Below, piece by piece: positions 27,754-36,988 of a DNA stretch of 42,721 nt (positions are counted from its first letter, which is position 1; every line of letters starts with the position of its first letter). The notes under the pieces were generated by a model that did not search any database, was not told the DNA's origin, and was given only the letters and a program-made list of their open reading frames with translations. The DNA lies in assembly GCA_007693605.1 (NCBI GenBank), contig REDG01000021.1, positions 1 to 42,721 on the forward strand. Direction: 5' to 3'. Both the position numbers and the translations under genes were made by a program. This DNA comes from Bradymonadales bacterium. GTDB taxonomy: Bacteria; Bdellovibrionota; UBA2394.

Positions 27754-30291
27754 GTGACGGACACTGCTGTTCCAAAGAGAATTGATCGATATGATTTGGT
27801 CGACCGAATCGGCTCGGGTGGCATGGGGCTCATCTACAAGGGCTTTGACACAAAGCTGAAACGAAATGTTGCCATCAAAATGGTTTCAGATCGAGTCAAA
27901 GATGCGGCCGTTCGACGCAATATTCGAGAACGATTCTTTAACGAAGCACGAGCCGCAGGCGCCCTCTCTCATCCGAATCTGGTTCAAATCTACGACTTTG
28001 GTGAAATCGAAGGCGTTGTTTATATTGTGATGGAGTACATCGAGGGGGAAACGCTTGAGCAGCTTTTAAAGTCCAAAGGCCCCTTGAACATCGACCAGTT
28101 TTTACGGATCTCAAGAGAGGTGGCAAACGGTCTGAGCTTTGCACATAAGCGGGGGATTGTTCACCGAGATATCAAACCTTCGAATATTATGATTGAAGCC
28201 GATTCTGGGGTGGCAAAGATTCTGGACTTTGGAATCGCCAAGTTCGTCGATGAAGAGGAGATGAAGCTCACCTCAACTGGAATGGTTCTAGGAAGTACTC
28301 ATTACCTGTCTCCAGAACATATCACGGGAAAGAATCTGAACAATCGAAGCGATATCTTTTGTCTGGGAACCGTTCTCTACGAAGCAGGCACGGGCACACT
28401 CCCCTTCAGAGGCAGCAACTCGAGCACGATTCTCTATAAGATCGTCAATTTCGACCCGCCCCCAGCACACCACAGTCGCCACGACTTTCCGGAAAAGCTT
28501 TCAGGAGTGATCTCTCAGTGCATGCAGAAAGACCCAGAGGCCCGTTATCAGAAGTGTGAAGACTTGATTGAGGCTCTAAACGGCTTTGAAAAGTCCCTCA
28601 TCACTCCAAGCAAAGAGGCCGCCAAATCAAAAACCTCTGGCGCTCAAATCTACAGCCATTCTTACTTCGTTCGAGACAGTCAGCTGCTCAACGCTCTGGT
28701 GACCGAGGGGCGACTCGATCGAGATCTGGCCATGAAGTACCGAGGAAAATCCCTCTACGAAGCCCTCACGCGAGATGCTGTTTTGCCCGAAGATGATATC
28801 GCCTTTGTTTGCTCAGACCTTCTGAATCTTCCCTGGATTCCTCGAGGTCGCCTGAAATCCCTTCGTATTGATCCAAGTCTGAAAGACCTGATTCCGACTA
28901 AACTATTGAAGAAACACCATTTTGTTCCCTTTTTTAAAGACGATAGCCGTTCGGTCTTGAGTATGATCATTGACGGAGTGAGTGACTTTCAAGCGCTTCC
29001 AGAAGTCGACAAGCTCTCACAACAGTACCAGCTTCAACTCTATGTTGGGGCTAGAAGCGTCATTCACACTCTCATTCGAAATCGATTTGAAAATTTGGAT
29101 TTAGCCACAACCACAGGCACGCATGAAGAGTCTCTAGACTCTAAAGCCTTCGGAGATCGAAGAGTTCTGTTGGTTGAGCCACAGGAACACTTTCAACAGG
29201 CGATTGTGAAACTTTTCAAAGGCTTTGAACCCGCCATCACGATTGTAGACAATTTGAAAGAGGCTCGAGAGCGCGTTGAGTCTGAAAAATTTCATCACAT
29301 CTGGGCCTCTAGACCCGTTATGGGCGACGAATTGGCTTTTGAGTCGATTGTGATTCGAACGAACCCGAGCTGCGATCTTCGATTTTACGATCACCTGGGC
29401 GAAGAGATTCTCGAAGACTCTATTCACTATTCAAAGTTTAGAGATTTCTTTGCCCGAGTCTTGCAAGAGTTTCTCAAGAAAGGCTCGCTCGAAGATCGAA
29501 AAGTCTCTCAAAATTTCGCGTCGCTGGCGGTTAGAATCGCGCGCGTGGAAACTCAAAATCAAAAGGATTTAGACGAGGTCTATTTTTCTGCGCTCTTTTA
29601 CAAATGGGAGAAGCTCTACCCCAATGAAGACAATCTCTCAGAGCTTTTGTTCGGAATTTATAGGTTCCGACACATCCGCGCCTCTGTTGGCGAGAGGTTT
29701 GACGGACGGGGCCCTATGGCTTTGAAGGGACGCTATATTCCACTTGCTAGTCGAGTGATCGCAGCGCTTTCAGTTCTCGATGGCATTAAATCCGACCTGA
29801 AAGATCTAAGCCTTGAAGAGACTCAAAGCCTTCGAGAGAAACTTTCTCGATTTGCTTCAAAGCAGCTTGACCCCGTGATTGCTGCAGCCATTCTCGAAAT
29901 GATTCGACCCGTTGCCGAGAAAAAGGCTTCGAAGAAAGTTGCCATTGTGGACTCTGATCTAGAGTATTCCAGACAGCTGCAAGCCCTACTGAAGGGCATC
30001 TCGGCAGAAGCCACCGTCTATTCTGACGGAGTTTCAGCATTAGAAGCCTTTCAACAAGAGAAGCCCGACCTCATTGTGAGCGAAGTCGTCTTGGCTAAGC
30101 TGGATGGCTTTGCGCTCGCTTCGAGAATTCGAGCGAACGAACTTCTGAAGTCGATTCCCCTGGTTTTTGTTTCCCAATCAGAGCAGCCCGAACACTCCGT
30201 CAAGGCGCTACAACTTGGAGCAAGTGACTTCATTTCGAAGACCTCTGAACCGCAGTTTATAGTCACAAAAATCGAACGCTATCTGAAATAG
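27754..30291 (+). CDS. Ser/Thr protein kinase with MshEN-like, receiver-like, degenerate HD-GYP and C-terminal receiver domains
   Basis: Kinase motifs GSGGMG, VAIK, HRDIKPSN, DFG and YLSPE. MshEN-like LIPTKLLKKHHFVPF. HD-GYP-like GERFDGRGP..LKGRYIPLASRVI. Receiver KVAIVDSD..PDLIVSE..IPLVFVS..GASDFISK. Confidence 0.88.
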   Translation: MTDTAVPKRIDRYDLVDRIGSGGMGLIYKGFDTKLKRNVAIKMVSDRVKDAAVRRNIRERFFNEARAAGALSHPNLVQIYDFGEIEGVVYIVMEYIEGETLEQLLKSKGPLNIDQFLRISREVANGLSFAHKRGIVHRDIKPSNIMIEADSGVAKILDFGIAKFVDEEEMKLTSTGMVLGSTHYLSPEHITGKNLNNRSDIFCLGTVLYEAGTGTLPFRGSNSSTILYKIVNFDPPPAHHSRHDFPEKLSGVISQCMQKDPEARYQKCEDLIEALNGFEKSLITPSKEAAKSKTSGAQIYSHSYFVRDSQLLNALVTEGRLDRDLAMKYRGKSLYEALTRDAVLPEDDIAFVCSDLLNLPWIPRGRLKSLRIDPSLKDLIPTKLLKKHHFVPFFKDDSRSVLSMIIDGVSDFQALPEVDKLSQQYQLQLYVGARSVIHTLIRNRFENLDLATTTGTHEESLDSKAFGDRRVLLVEPQEHFQQAIVKLFKGFEPAITIVDNLKEARERVESEKFHHIWASRPVMGDELAFESIVIRTNPSCDLRFYDHLGEEILEDSIHYSKFRDFFARVLQEFLKKGSLEDRKVSQNFASLAVRIARVETQNQKDLDEVYFSALFYKWEKLYPNEDNLSELLFGIYRFRHIRASVGERFDGRGPMALKGRYIPLASRVIAALSVLDGIKSDLKDLSLEETQSLREKLSRFASKQLDPVIAAAILEMIRPVAEKKASKKVAIVDSDLEYSRQLQALLKGISAEATVYSDGVSALEAFQQEKPDLIVSEVVLAKLDGFALASRIRANELLKSIPLVFVSQSEQPEHSVKALQLGASDFISKTSEPQFIVTKIERYLK

Positions 30292-30575
30292 TTTTCAGAA
30301 CTAGTCTCGATGTAGATGATCTCGTTCGCTCGTACCAAACCGAGCTCCTCTCGAAAACGAAACTCCTCGGCACTCGGATGACTCTGCCGAAACAGATCGA
30401 CCTTCCGGCGAAGCTCTTGGTTAGAGGCCTCAATCTGTCTGATATGGACCTGAGTCTCAGACATCTGCCGTTTTAACTGTCGCAGCTCCCAAAACCCGTT
30501 CTTGGTAAACAAGCTCCCCACAATGGGAATGGAGAATGCGAGACATAGCACAAGACTCAGTCGAGAAAAGATCAT
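30279..30575 (-). CDS. ftsB: Septum formation initiator (FtsB/DivIC family)
   Basis: N-terminal TM followed by NG, a coiled coil and REELGLVRANEIIY. Confidence 0.75.
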   Translation of the reverse strand: MIFSRLSLVLCLAFSIPIVGSLFTKNGFWELRQLKRQMSETQVHIRQIEASNQELRRKVDLFRQSHPSAEEFRFREELGLVRANEIIYIETSSENYFR

Positions 30576-31243
30576 GAGTAGATTTCGAAGAAAGCCTCAA
30601 GGCGTCGAACGCTCTCCCCTTTGAGATTTTGAAACATCACCCCAAGACCTTTGGCATCTCCTTCGACTTCTTGCCGAACGACAACGCCATCACATTCAAA
30701 GGGCTCCGAATCGCCAAAGAGTTTAAATTTCAACTTGATAATCGCATAGAGTGGAAAACTCAGCGGCGTTCTCAAAAAAATTCCGGTCTCACTCAAAGTC
30801 GTACTCCAAGCATGATAGGTCTCATCATAGACTCGAAACTCAATCTTCTGCTGAAACCACACCCGACGAGAAGAGCGTGACTCACCCGCTTGGGGCTGAT
30901 CCTGCGGCTTGGTCATCGACTGCAAATGAAGCACCACCTCTTCCGGTGGAAGATCAATGGGCAGATATCCGGAGCTTCCCCGCTTTCTTAGAGACTTCAA
31001 ATCAGCACTGTTCATATCAGGATCAATGAAAGACAAAATCGAAACTCGTCCTTGACTCATTTGGGCATCAAGGGAGTTCAGAATCTTAGAGTTCCTTGAA
31101 TCAATCAGAATGAAGTCTGGCTGCTGGCTGATGGCCTCTGTCATATCCTTGGCATTGGCAAAATTAAAGCCCCTCTCGCGCAAACTCGCCCCCAAGAGCT
31201 CGTTTTCGACTCCTACACCAATTACTTGTTTCGACTTGGTCAT
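30572..31243 (-). CDS. Receiver-like / PilZ domain protein
   Basis: RxxxR (RSSRR), TLSETGIFL and GLGVMF, with N-terminal QPDFILID. Likely start is ATG 31243. Confidence 0.8.
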   Translation of the reverse strand: MTKSKQVIGVGVENELLGASLRERGFNFANAKDMTEAISQQPDFILIDSRNSKILNSLDAQMSQGRVSILSFIDPDMNSADLKSLRKRGSSGYLPIDLPPEEVVLHLQSMTKPQDQPQAGESRSSRRVWFQQKIEFRVYDETYHAWSTTLSETGIFLRTPLSFPLYAIIKLKFKLFGDSEPFECDGVVVRQEVEGDAKGLGVMFQNLKGESVRRLEAFFEIYS

Positions 31244-31338
31244 GGTCCCATTATCAACGAAAAACAAGGATTTAGCCAAGCACGGAGCCATAATTGGGCG
31301 CCGCGTTAGGCTCAGGGGCAGCATTCTTCGACTTTCGA

Positions 31339-31344
31339 TATAAT
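31339..31344 (+). promoter_or_regulatory. Sigma-70 -10 box
   Basis: Perfect TATAAT 14 bp upstream of ATG 31359 in a divergent intergenic region. No clear -35. Confidence 0.45.
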
Positions 31345-31358
31345 GAAGCTTGGGGGAA

Positions 31359-33326
31359 ATGACTGTGGACCGACCTGAACGGGAGGGGGACGGAGCGCCA
31401 GAGCTCAGTCTTTCAGACATTCAAGACATTAAAGTTCCGGTGGACTTACTTGAGCTCATCCCCCTTGAGCTTTGCAAAAACTACCAAATACTCCCCTTGC
31501 GCCATGATCCAGAAAGCCAATCACTGAGTATTCTCTACTCTGACCCCGATTTGCTGGAAGACTTCAAAACCAAGTTCTCAGATCGCTGGGCCTACTTTAG
31601 CCCTTACCGGATGAACAGAGCGGAACTCACGACCATGATTCAAGAACTCTCGGAAGAGGACGGAGCGAGCCCCGCCCCCGAAGAAGGCGCTTGGACGATT
31701 GCCCTCATTGAGCCCGATCTCGAATCAAGGGAAGCCATGAAGCAGCTTTTGACCTCTCAAAGCTATCGTGTGGTCTGCTTTGAAAGTGAGGCCGACTTTC
31801 GCAAGAAGATTATCGATCTCTCCGAAAAGATCAGAGAAGAAGAAGACTTGGTCAATCTCGCTGAAAGCCATCGACTCGTACCTTTTCAGTCTGTCCTGGC
31901 ACGAAGGAGCTGTCTTGAGACAGCCTCAACCTTTGGCGACTTTGTATGGGCCCACTTCAACCACCTTCGACTCGCCATTCTGGAGGATCGTTGGTTGCAC
32001 GGAATCATGGAGCAGGCCCTGTTTCGGGGACAAGCAGAAGTCGATGACTTAGGATTTCACCTCAGACACGGCGACTACTACCACGCTGCGATGGAATGCT
32101 TGAAAAAGGGCAGCACCTTTCAGGCTGTCGAGCTCCTTGAACAAGTGGTCGAGAGTGACGCTCATTTTATTAAGGCGAAGCTCCTGCTTGGAAAGGCCTT
32201 TCTACAAAAGAAAAACTTCAACAAGGCTCAAAAGCACTTTCAACAAGCCTACGACTTTTGGTGCGAAGACCCCGAAGGCCTGGTGGACGAAAGCGTCGTA
32301 AAGCTCTTGTACTATTTGGCGTATTCTTTTGAAAAGATGGGCCGGCTTGACGACGCCCTGAAGCTCTACGAACGAGTCGCCGCCGAAAACCCCCTGTTCA
32401 GAGAAGTCGGACAGAGAATTGTTCAAGTAAAAGAGCGGCGGAAAAAGGCAATCAAAGACGGAGAGCGCCGAATGGGAATGCCCGCCTTTTCAAGAAAGAA
32501 AAGAACAGACGAACTCCGCTACGAACGAATTGAAGAGATCGGAAGGGGCGGAATGGGGACCGTCTATCGCGCAAGAGATCAAGTGCTCGGCAGAGAAGTC
32601 GCCCTGAAGATTCTAAACTCTCACTTTAAACACGACGAAAAGATTGTAGAAACTTTTCTTCGAGAAGCCAAATCGCTTGCCGCGCTCAATCACCTTAATA
32701 TCGTGACCATTTTCGACGCCGGAATTGAAGAGGGGAACTATTACATATCGATGGAGTTTATCGACGGAAAAACCGTTCGAGAGCTTTTGAAGAAAAAGGG
32801 CTTCTTTCGACTAGGCACAACACTAGCGCTTAGTAAGCAGGTTCTGAAGGCCCTGGCCTACGCCCATTCAAAAAAGGTGATTCACCGTGACATCACGACA
32901 AACAATATGATGCTCACAGAAACCAAGGTCGTTAAACTCATGGACTTTGGACTGGCTCGCGTCGTTAATCAGCTCCACTCCGAGCAATCCATCATAGGCG
33001 GCACCCCCTACTTTATGTCTCCAGAACAGGTCGAAGGCGCCCCTATTGACCACCGAACGGATATCTACTCGTTTGGTGTCTGCCTCTTCGAGATGCTGAC
33101 AGGTCGTGTGCCATTTCCGATGGAGAATCCGGGATATCACCACCTTCACTCCGCCCCGCCAGACCCGAGAAGTTTGAAATCCGATTTGCCAAGCACAGTG
33201 GCAGAGATTATTTTGAAGTGCTTAGAAAAGAAACCTGAAGATCGATATCAGTCGGCCGACGAACTTCTCAACCGCCTGCGCGATGTTCAAGATGTAACAG
33301 TGAACGAGCGAGAGCCAAAGAAATGA
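31359..33326 (+). CDS. Ser/Thr protein kinase with N-terminal MshEN-like, receiver-like and TPR domains
   Basis: LLELIPLELCKNYQILPL (T2SSE_N-like), IALIEPD, TPR helices, then GRGGMG, VALK, HRDITTNN, DFG and FMSPEQ. Confidence 0.88.
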   Translation: MTVDRPEREGDGAPELSLSDIQDIKVPVDLLELIPLELCKNYQILPLRHDPESQSLSILYSDPDLLEDFKTKFSDRWAYFSPYRMNRAELTTMIQELSEEDGASPAPEEGAWTIALIEPDLESREAMKQLLTSQSYRVVCFESEADFRKKIIDLSEKIREEEDLVNLAESHRLVPFQSVLARRSCLETASTFGDFVWAHFNHLRLAILEDRWLHGIMEQALFRGQAEVDDLGFHLRHGDYYHAAMECLKKGSTFQAVELLEQVVESDAHFIKAKLLLGKAFLQKKNFNKAQKHFQQAYDFWCEDPEGLVDESVVKLLYYLAYSFEKMGRLDDALKLYERVAAENPLFREVGQRIVQVKERRKKAIKDGERRMGMPAFSRKKRTDELRYERIEEIGRGGMGTVYRARDQVLGREVALKILNSHFKHDEKIVETFLREAKSLAALNHLNIVTIFDAGIEEGNYYISMEFIDGKTVRELLKKKGFFRLGTTLALSKQVLKALAYAHSKKVIHRDITTNNMMLTETKVVKLMDFGLARVVNQLHSEQSIIGGTPYFMSPEQVEGAPIDHRTDIYSFGVCLFEMLTGRVPFPMENPGYHHLHSAPPDPRSLKSDLPSTVAEIILKCLEKKPEDRYQSADELLNRLRDVQDVTVNEREPKK

Positions 33327-34066
33327 TGTTTCCACCTTTCAGAGGATTTGTACGAGTTTTTGTGATCTCTTGCACAGCGGTTTTCGTGCTTCTTCTGTTT
33401 TCACAATCTCCTTCAGCACCGCAGGGAATCTATCGCGCTTTCGTCGAGTTCTTTGGACTTTTCCCCGAGCGAGTGCTTCAGGGAATGCTCTTTCAACCCA
33501 TCACATGGGTTTTTCTGCACGGAAACTTTATGCATTTGCTTTTCAATATGTTTGCCTTCTGGATGTTCGGAAGCCTCTTAGAGTCCACTTTTGGCACACG
33601 GCGCTTTGTTTGGTTCAACCTGTTTTGCGCTCTTTTCACGGCTGGATGCATCATTCTGTTCGGGTTGCTCGTTGATGACTTGACCTTTAGAATTCCGACC
33701 ATAGGAGCCTCTGGCCTGGTCTTTGGAATCTTGATTGCGGTGGCACGACTCTACCCCAATCAGGTCGTTTTGTTTTTCTTCATCATTCCCATGAAGCTGA
33801 AATATTTCGCTTACATTTTGATGGCCATTGAATTCTATGCCCTTTACGCAAGTAACCAGAAAGGAATTAGTAATATCGCCCATCTAGGGGGAGCTCTATT
33901 CGGCTTTCTATTCGTTTCTTGGTGGAACAATCGCTTCACACGAGGCGGGCCCATGGGCTGGATACAAGCATGGCGTCAGCAGTGGATACAGAGGCGCCGA
34001 CGCAAACAACTGCGAATCGTTTACCCAGAAGATAAGCGGCACTATCACCGAGAGGTTTTAGTTTAG
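33323..34066 (+). CDS. Rhomboid intramembrane serine protease
   Basis: FLHGNFMHLLFNM, GASG and AHLGG, with multiple TMs. Confidence 0.92.
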   Translation: MMFPPFRGFVRVFVISCTAVFVLLLFSQSPSAPQGIYRAFVEFFGLFPERVLQGMLFQPITWVFLHGNFMHLLFNMFAFWMFGSLLESTFGTRRFVWFNLFCALFTAGCIILFGLLVDDLTFRIPTIGASGLVFGILIAVARLYPNQVVLFFFIIPMKLKYFAYILMAIEFYALYASNQKGISNIAHLGGALFGFLFVSWWNNRFTRGGPMGWIQAWRQQWIQRRRRKQLRIVYPEDKRHYHREVLV

Positions 34067-34076
34067 GGGGAGAATC

Positions 34077-35561
34077 ATGGTAGAGCTTCAAGTCAAGGCG
34101 AGTCGAAAGAATTCATTTGAAGAGATCAAGCGATTGGTCGCCTCGAAGTATCCCATTGTATGGATCGAGAGCTGGGAAGAAGAGCGCGTCGAGACCACTC
34201 TCAAGCGAGTGGCTGAAAAGGCCTTCACGAGTCCGATTCAATTTTCCGTGTGGTCCGAAACCAGTTCAGACCAAAGCCTTGTCGATTGCTTGAAAGGCTT
34301 TGTTCAGAAACCGGAGCAGGGCATTCTCTTGGTTAAGGACTTCAACTGGCAGCTAGGCCCCGAACAGTTGTTGAAGAGAAGTCTTCGAGATGTTTTTCAT
34401 AGCACGAAGGGAAGCTTCAAAACTCTGTTTTTGGTGTCCCCTTACCCTCGAATTCCTGAAGACATGACCAAAGAAATCTTCTCGATGGATTTTGCCCTAC
34501 CAGGAGAAGAAGAAATTCAAGGAATCTTTAGTGGAGTTCTTAAGAGTTTTCCCAAAGTGAAGAATCAGTTGAACCCCGAACAAAGTGGGCGACTGTTGAA
34601 AGCCGCCCTTGGCTTGACGGGAGACGAGGCTAAGCTTGTTTTTCAGCAAATGCTGGTCGGGCGCCAAGAACTCAACGAAGAAGCTCTAGGCATTGTCTTT
34701 CACGAGAAGGCGAGGATTGTAAAAAGAGAGGGGCTTTTGGAGTTCGTGCCCACAAAATTCAAGCTCGAAGACATTGGAGGCTTAGAGAACCTCAAAGAGT
34801 GGCTGCAAGATCGCTCTCATTTTTTTGGGGAGGACGCCAAGAAGGCGGGTCTTCAGATCCCGAAGGGGGTTTTGATGACCGGGGTCAGTGGCTGCGGAAA
34901 GTCCCTTTGTACGCAAGCCATTTCAGCGGCTTGGGGTCTGCCCCTTTATCGATTAGACATCAATCGAGTCTACGGCGGCGCCATTGGTCAGCCAGAGGAG
35001 TGTTTTAGGCGAGCCATCCAACAAATTGAATCGATCGCTCCGGCCATCTTGTGGCTTGAAGAGATTGAAAAGAGTGTGGCGGGTTACGAACAGGGAGACA
35101 AGGGAGTTACTGCTCGAATCTTCAGTTCATTTCTGACATGGATGCAGGAGCATGAAAGCCCTGTGGTTGTGGCCGCGACGGCCAACGAGATCGATCGCCT
35201 TCCGGCTGAACTTTTAAGAAAGGGGCGATTCGACGAAATCTTCTTTGTGGACCTTCCCACTGAGAAGGAAAGGGCGCAGATTTTCGAGGTTCACCTCAAA
35301 AGAAGAAGTCTGGACTTGAGCCAATTCAATCTCGTGGAGCTCGCTAAGGGGACCCAAGGCTTCAATGGAGCCGAGATTGAACAGGCCGTAGTTTCTGGCT
35401 TAGTCTACGCCTTTAAGGACGGCAAGAGAGCTTTGAAACAAGAGGACATCTATAAAGCCATTGGTCGCAGCGTTCCTCTTTCAACGACCATGGCCGAGAC
35501 CATCAAAGAGATCAAGAGATGGGCCGACACTCGCGCCGTCAAAGCTTCAAAGGCGGGTTAA
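34077..35561 (+). CDS. AAA+ ATPase, Ycf46-like
   Basis: YPIVWIESWEEER, IGGLENLKEWL, GVSGCGKS, LWLEEIEK, FLTWMQE and ELLRKGRFDEIFFVDLP. Confidence 0.9.
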   Translation: MVELQVKASRKNSFEEIKRLVASKYPIVWIESWEEERVETTLKRVAEKAFTSPIQFSVWSETSSDQSLVDCLKGFVQKPEQGILLVKDFNWQLGPEQLLKRSLRDVFHSTKGSFKTLFLVSPYPRIPEDMTKEIFSMDFALPGEEEIQGIFSGVLKSFPKVKNQLNPEQSGRLLKAALGLTGDEAKLVFQQMLVGRQELNEEALGIVFHEKARIVKREGLLEFVPTKFKLEDIGGLENLKEWLQDRSHFFGEDAKKAGLQIPKGVLMTGVSGCGKSLCTQAISAAWGLPLYRLDINRVYGGAIGQPEECFRRAIQQIESIAPAILWLEEIEKSVAGYEQGDKGVTARIFSSFLTWMQEHESPVVVAATANEIDRLPAELLRKGRFDEIFFVDLPTEKERAQIFEVHLKRRSLDLSQFNLVELAKGTQGFNGAEIEQAVVSGLVYAFKDGKRALKQEDIYKAIGRSVPLSTTMAETIKEIKRWADTRAVKASKAG

Positions 35562-35621
35562 TTCTCTTGCGCCTCGTCGACCTCTTAGGCTCTCTATTGA
35601 ATTGGAAGGAGTTCGATTTTT

Positions 35622-36128
35622 GTGCAACTGAATGACGCCTGGCATCCCTTTGAAATTGGGCGAAGACTTCGCCTGTTTTGGGAGGAATCGAAGGTCGATA
35701 TGGATCTGCGATTTCCGGAGACCCGAAGACGGCTTGCGATTGAGCTGCGCTTTAATCTGCCGGCAGGCGACCGCTCTCGATTTATTCAGGTGATTGAAAG
35801 ATTTCAGCGAGCGAAGCGCAGCATTTCATTTCTGGACTGGGGCCTTTTGATAGAGTGGAACGAACGACGCAGACAAGCGGAGTGCTTGAGCCAAATTGTT
35901 CATAGTTTGTCGTCTCATTCTGAAGAAGTCGGCCTAGGAAGCGAACTAGAAAGGCGGCTTCAGAATCGCCTTGAAGAGATTCTACAATCCATCCGCCAGG
36001 AGCCTCTTCGACAAAACCCCAGTCTTTTCGAGAGCATTCGCTTTCGTTGGAAGTTTGTGGCGCTTCGAGATGAAGCCCTCTACCTTCGTGACCGACTGCA
36101 TCATATTGAGTCCAGACGGTCGGCCTAG
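35622..36128 (+). CDS. Hypothetical protein
   Basis: 168-aa ORF co-directional with its neighbours and preceded by AAGGAG. No recognisable motif. Confidence 0.55.
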   Translation: MQLNDAWHPFEIGRRLRLFWEESKVDMDLRFPETRRRLAIELRFNLPAGDRSRFIQVIERFQRAKRSISFLDWGLLIEWNERRRQAECLSQIVHSLSSHSEEVGLGSELERRLQNRLEEILQSIRQEPLRQNPSLFESIRFRWKFVALRDEALYLRDRLHHIESRRSA

Positions 36129-36197
36129 TGCGGTCCAAGCGTTAAAGCCCTCATTGGGCAGTTGGCCACCTCACCAATCTTGGATAGAATGACAGGC

Positions 36198-36389
36198 ATG
36201 AATATCGCTCATTGGGCTCTGTTGTCATTGGTTTGGATCGCCTTTTCGGTGAGTGGCTGTGCTACTCGCTCGCATTGTGGTTGTGGCGAGAAGAACTCCA
36301 CCTATAAAAGCTCGTCTTGTGAGAATTGTGGATGCCGCGAATCGAAAGCACAAAAATCGAATTGCGGCTGCGACGATTTTGAATCATGA
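36198..36389 (+). CDS. Small Cys-rich lipoprotein
   Basis: Lipobox VSG-C, then CGC / CENCGC / CGC. ATGA overlap with the next gene. Confidence 0.65.
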   Translation: MNIAHWALLSLVWIAFSVSGCATRSHCGCGEKNSTYKSSSCENCGCRESKAQKSNCGCDDFES

Positions 36390-36982
36390 CCTATCTGGTC
36401 GTTCTTTTGACGGCCTTGATCACCGTGTTCTATCGAGAGTCGGTGGCTCAGTACCTGAAGTTTAAGCTTCGACCTCTCATTAAAAATACAGAGCAGCTTC
36501 AGTTTCTCTCGGCGTCGGCGCGCCCCCTGAAGACAGAATTCTTGTTCCTATCGAGTTTTCCGGCCGGCCTGATTTATGTCCCTACCCTCAAACGCTGTTT
36601 GATTCTTGTGTCTGAGAACTTTTGGACGAGCCTAGAGGCGAAGGAGTCTGAGGCTCTTTTGATTTGGATCTCCGCTTCTCGCTTGAGCTGGACGGCCTGG
36701 AGGGCCCTGATCTTTGCCCCCCCCTTACAGAAGATTGACCGAGACTGTCTCTTCTTGGGAGCAAAGACTCTGGCTTTGGTCAGCGCCCTAGAAAAACTGG
36801 CAGAGTATCGAAAGGCAAAGAGCATCCCACTCTTTGAGTCCTCCCTGACGGGTTGGAGCCCCATCGGGCCCTCTTGGGTGGGGGACTGGGAGTCGATCCC
36901 CTGGCGGATGAAAGAGCTCAGCAGACTCGAAACGAAGTACCGTCTTCCCCCCTTGTCTGAGAACTCCGATTCTGTAAATTAG
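36386..36982 (+). CDS. Membrane-anchored degenerate M48/M56 peptidase-like protein
   Basis: N-terminal TM. ILVSENFWTSLEAKESEALL, and DRDC...ALVSALEKL, resemble HtpX/BlaR1 segments, but HExxH is absent. Confidence 0.45.
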   Translation: MTYLVVLLTALITVFYRESVAQYLKFKLRPLIKNTEQLQFLSASARPLKTEFLFLSSFPAGLIYVPTLKRCLILVSENFWTSLEAKESEALLIWISASRLSWTAWRALIFAPPLQKIDRDCLFLGAKTLALVSALEKLAEYRKAKSIPLFESSLTGWSPIGPSWVGDWESIPWRMKELSRLETKYRLPPLSENSDSVN

Positions 36983-36988
36983 GCGAGA

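Noticed and set aside
31244..31420. N-terminal extension of the PilZ ORF
   Set aside because: It overlaps the divergent kinase start and promoter. ATG 31243 is the more plausible start.
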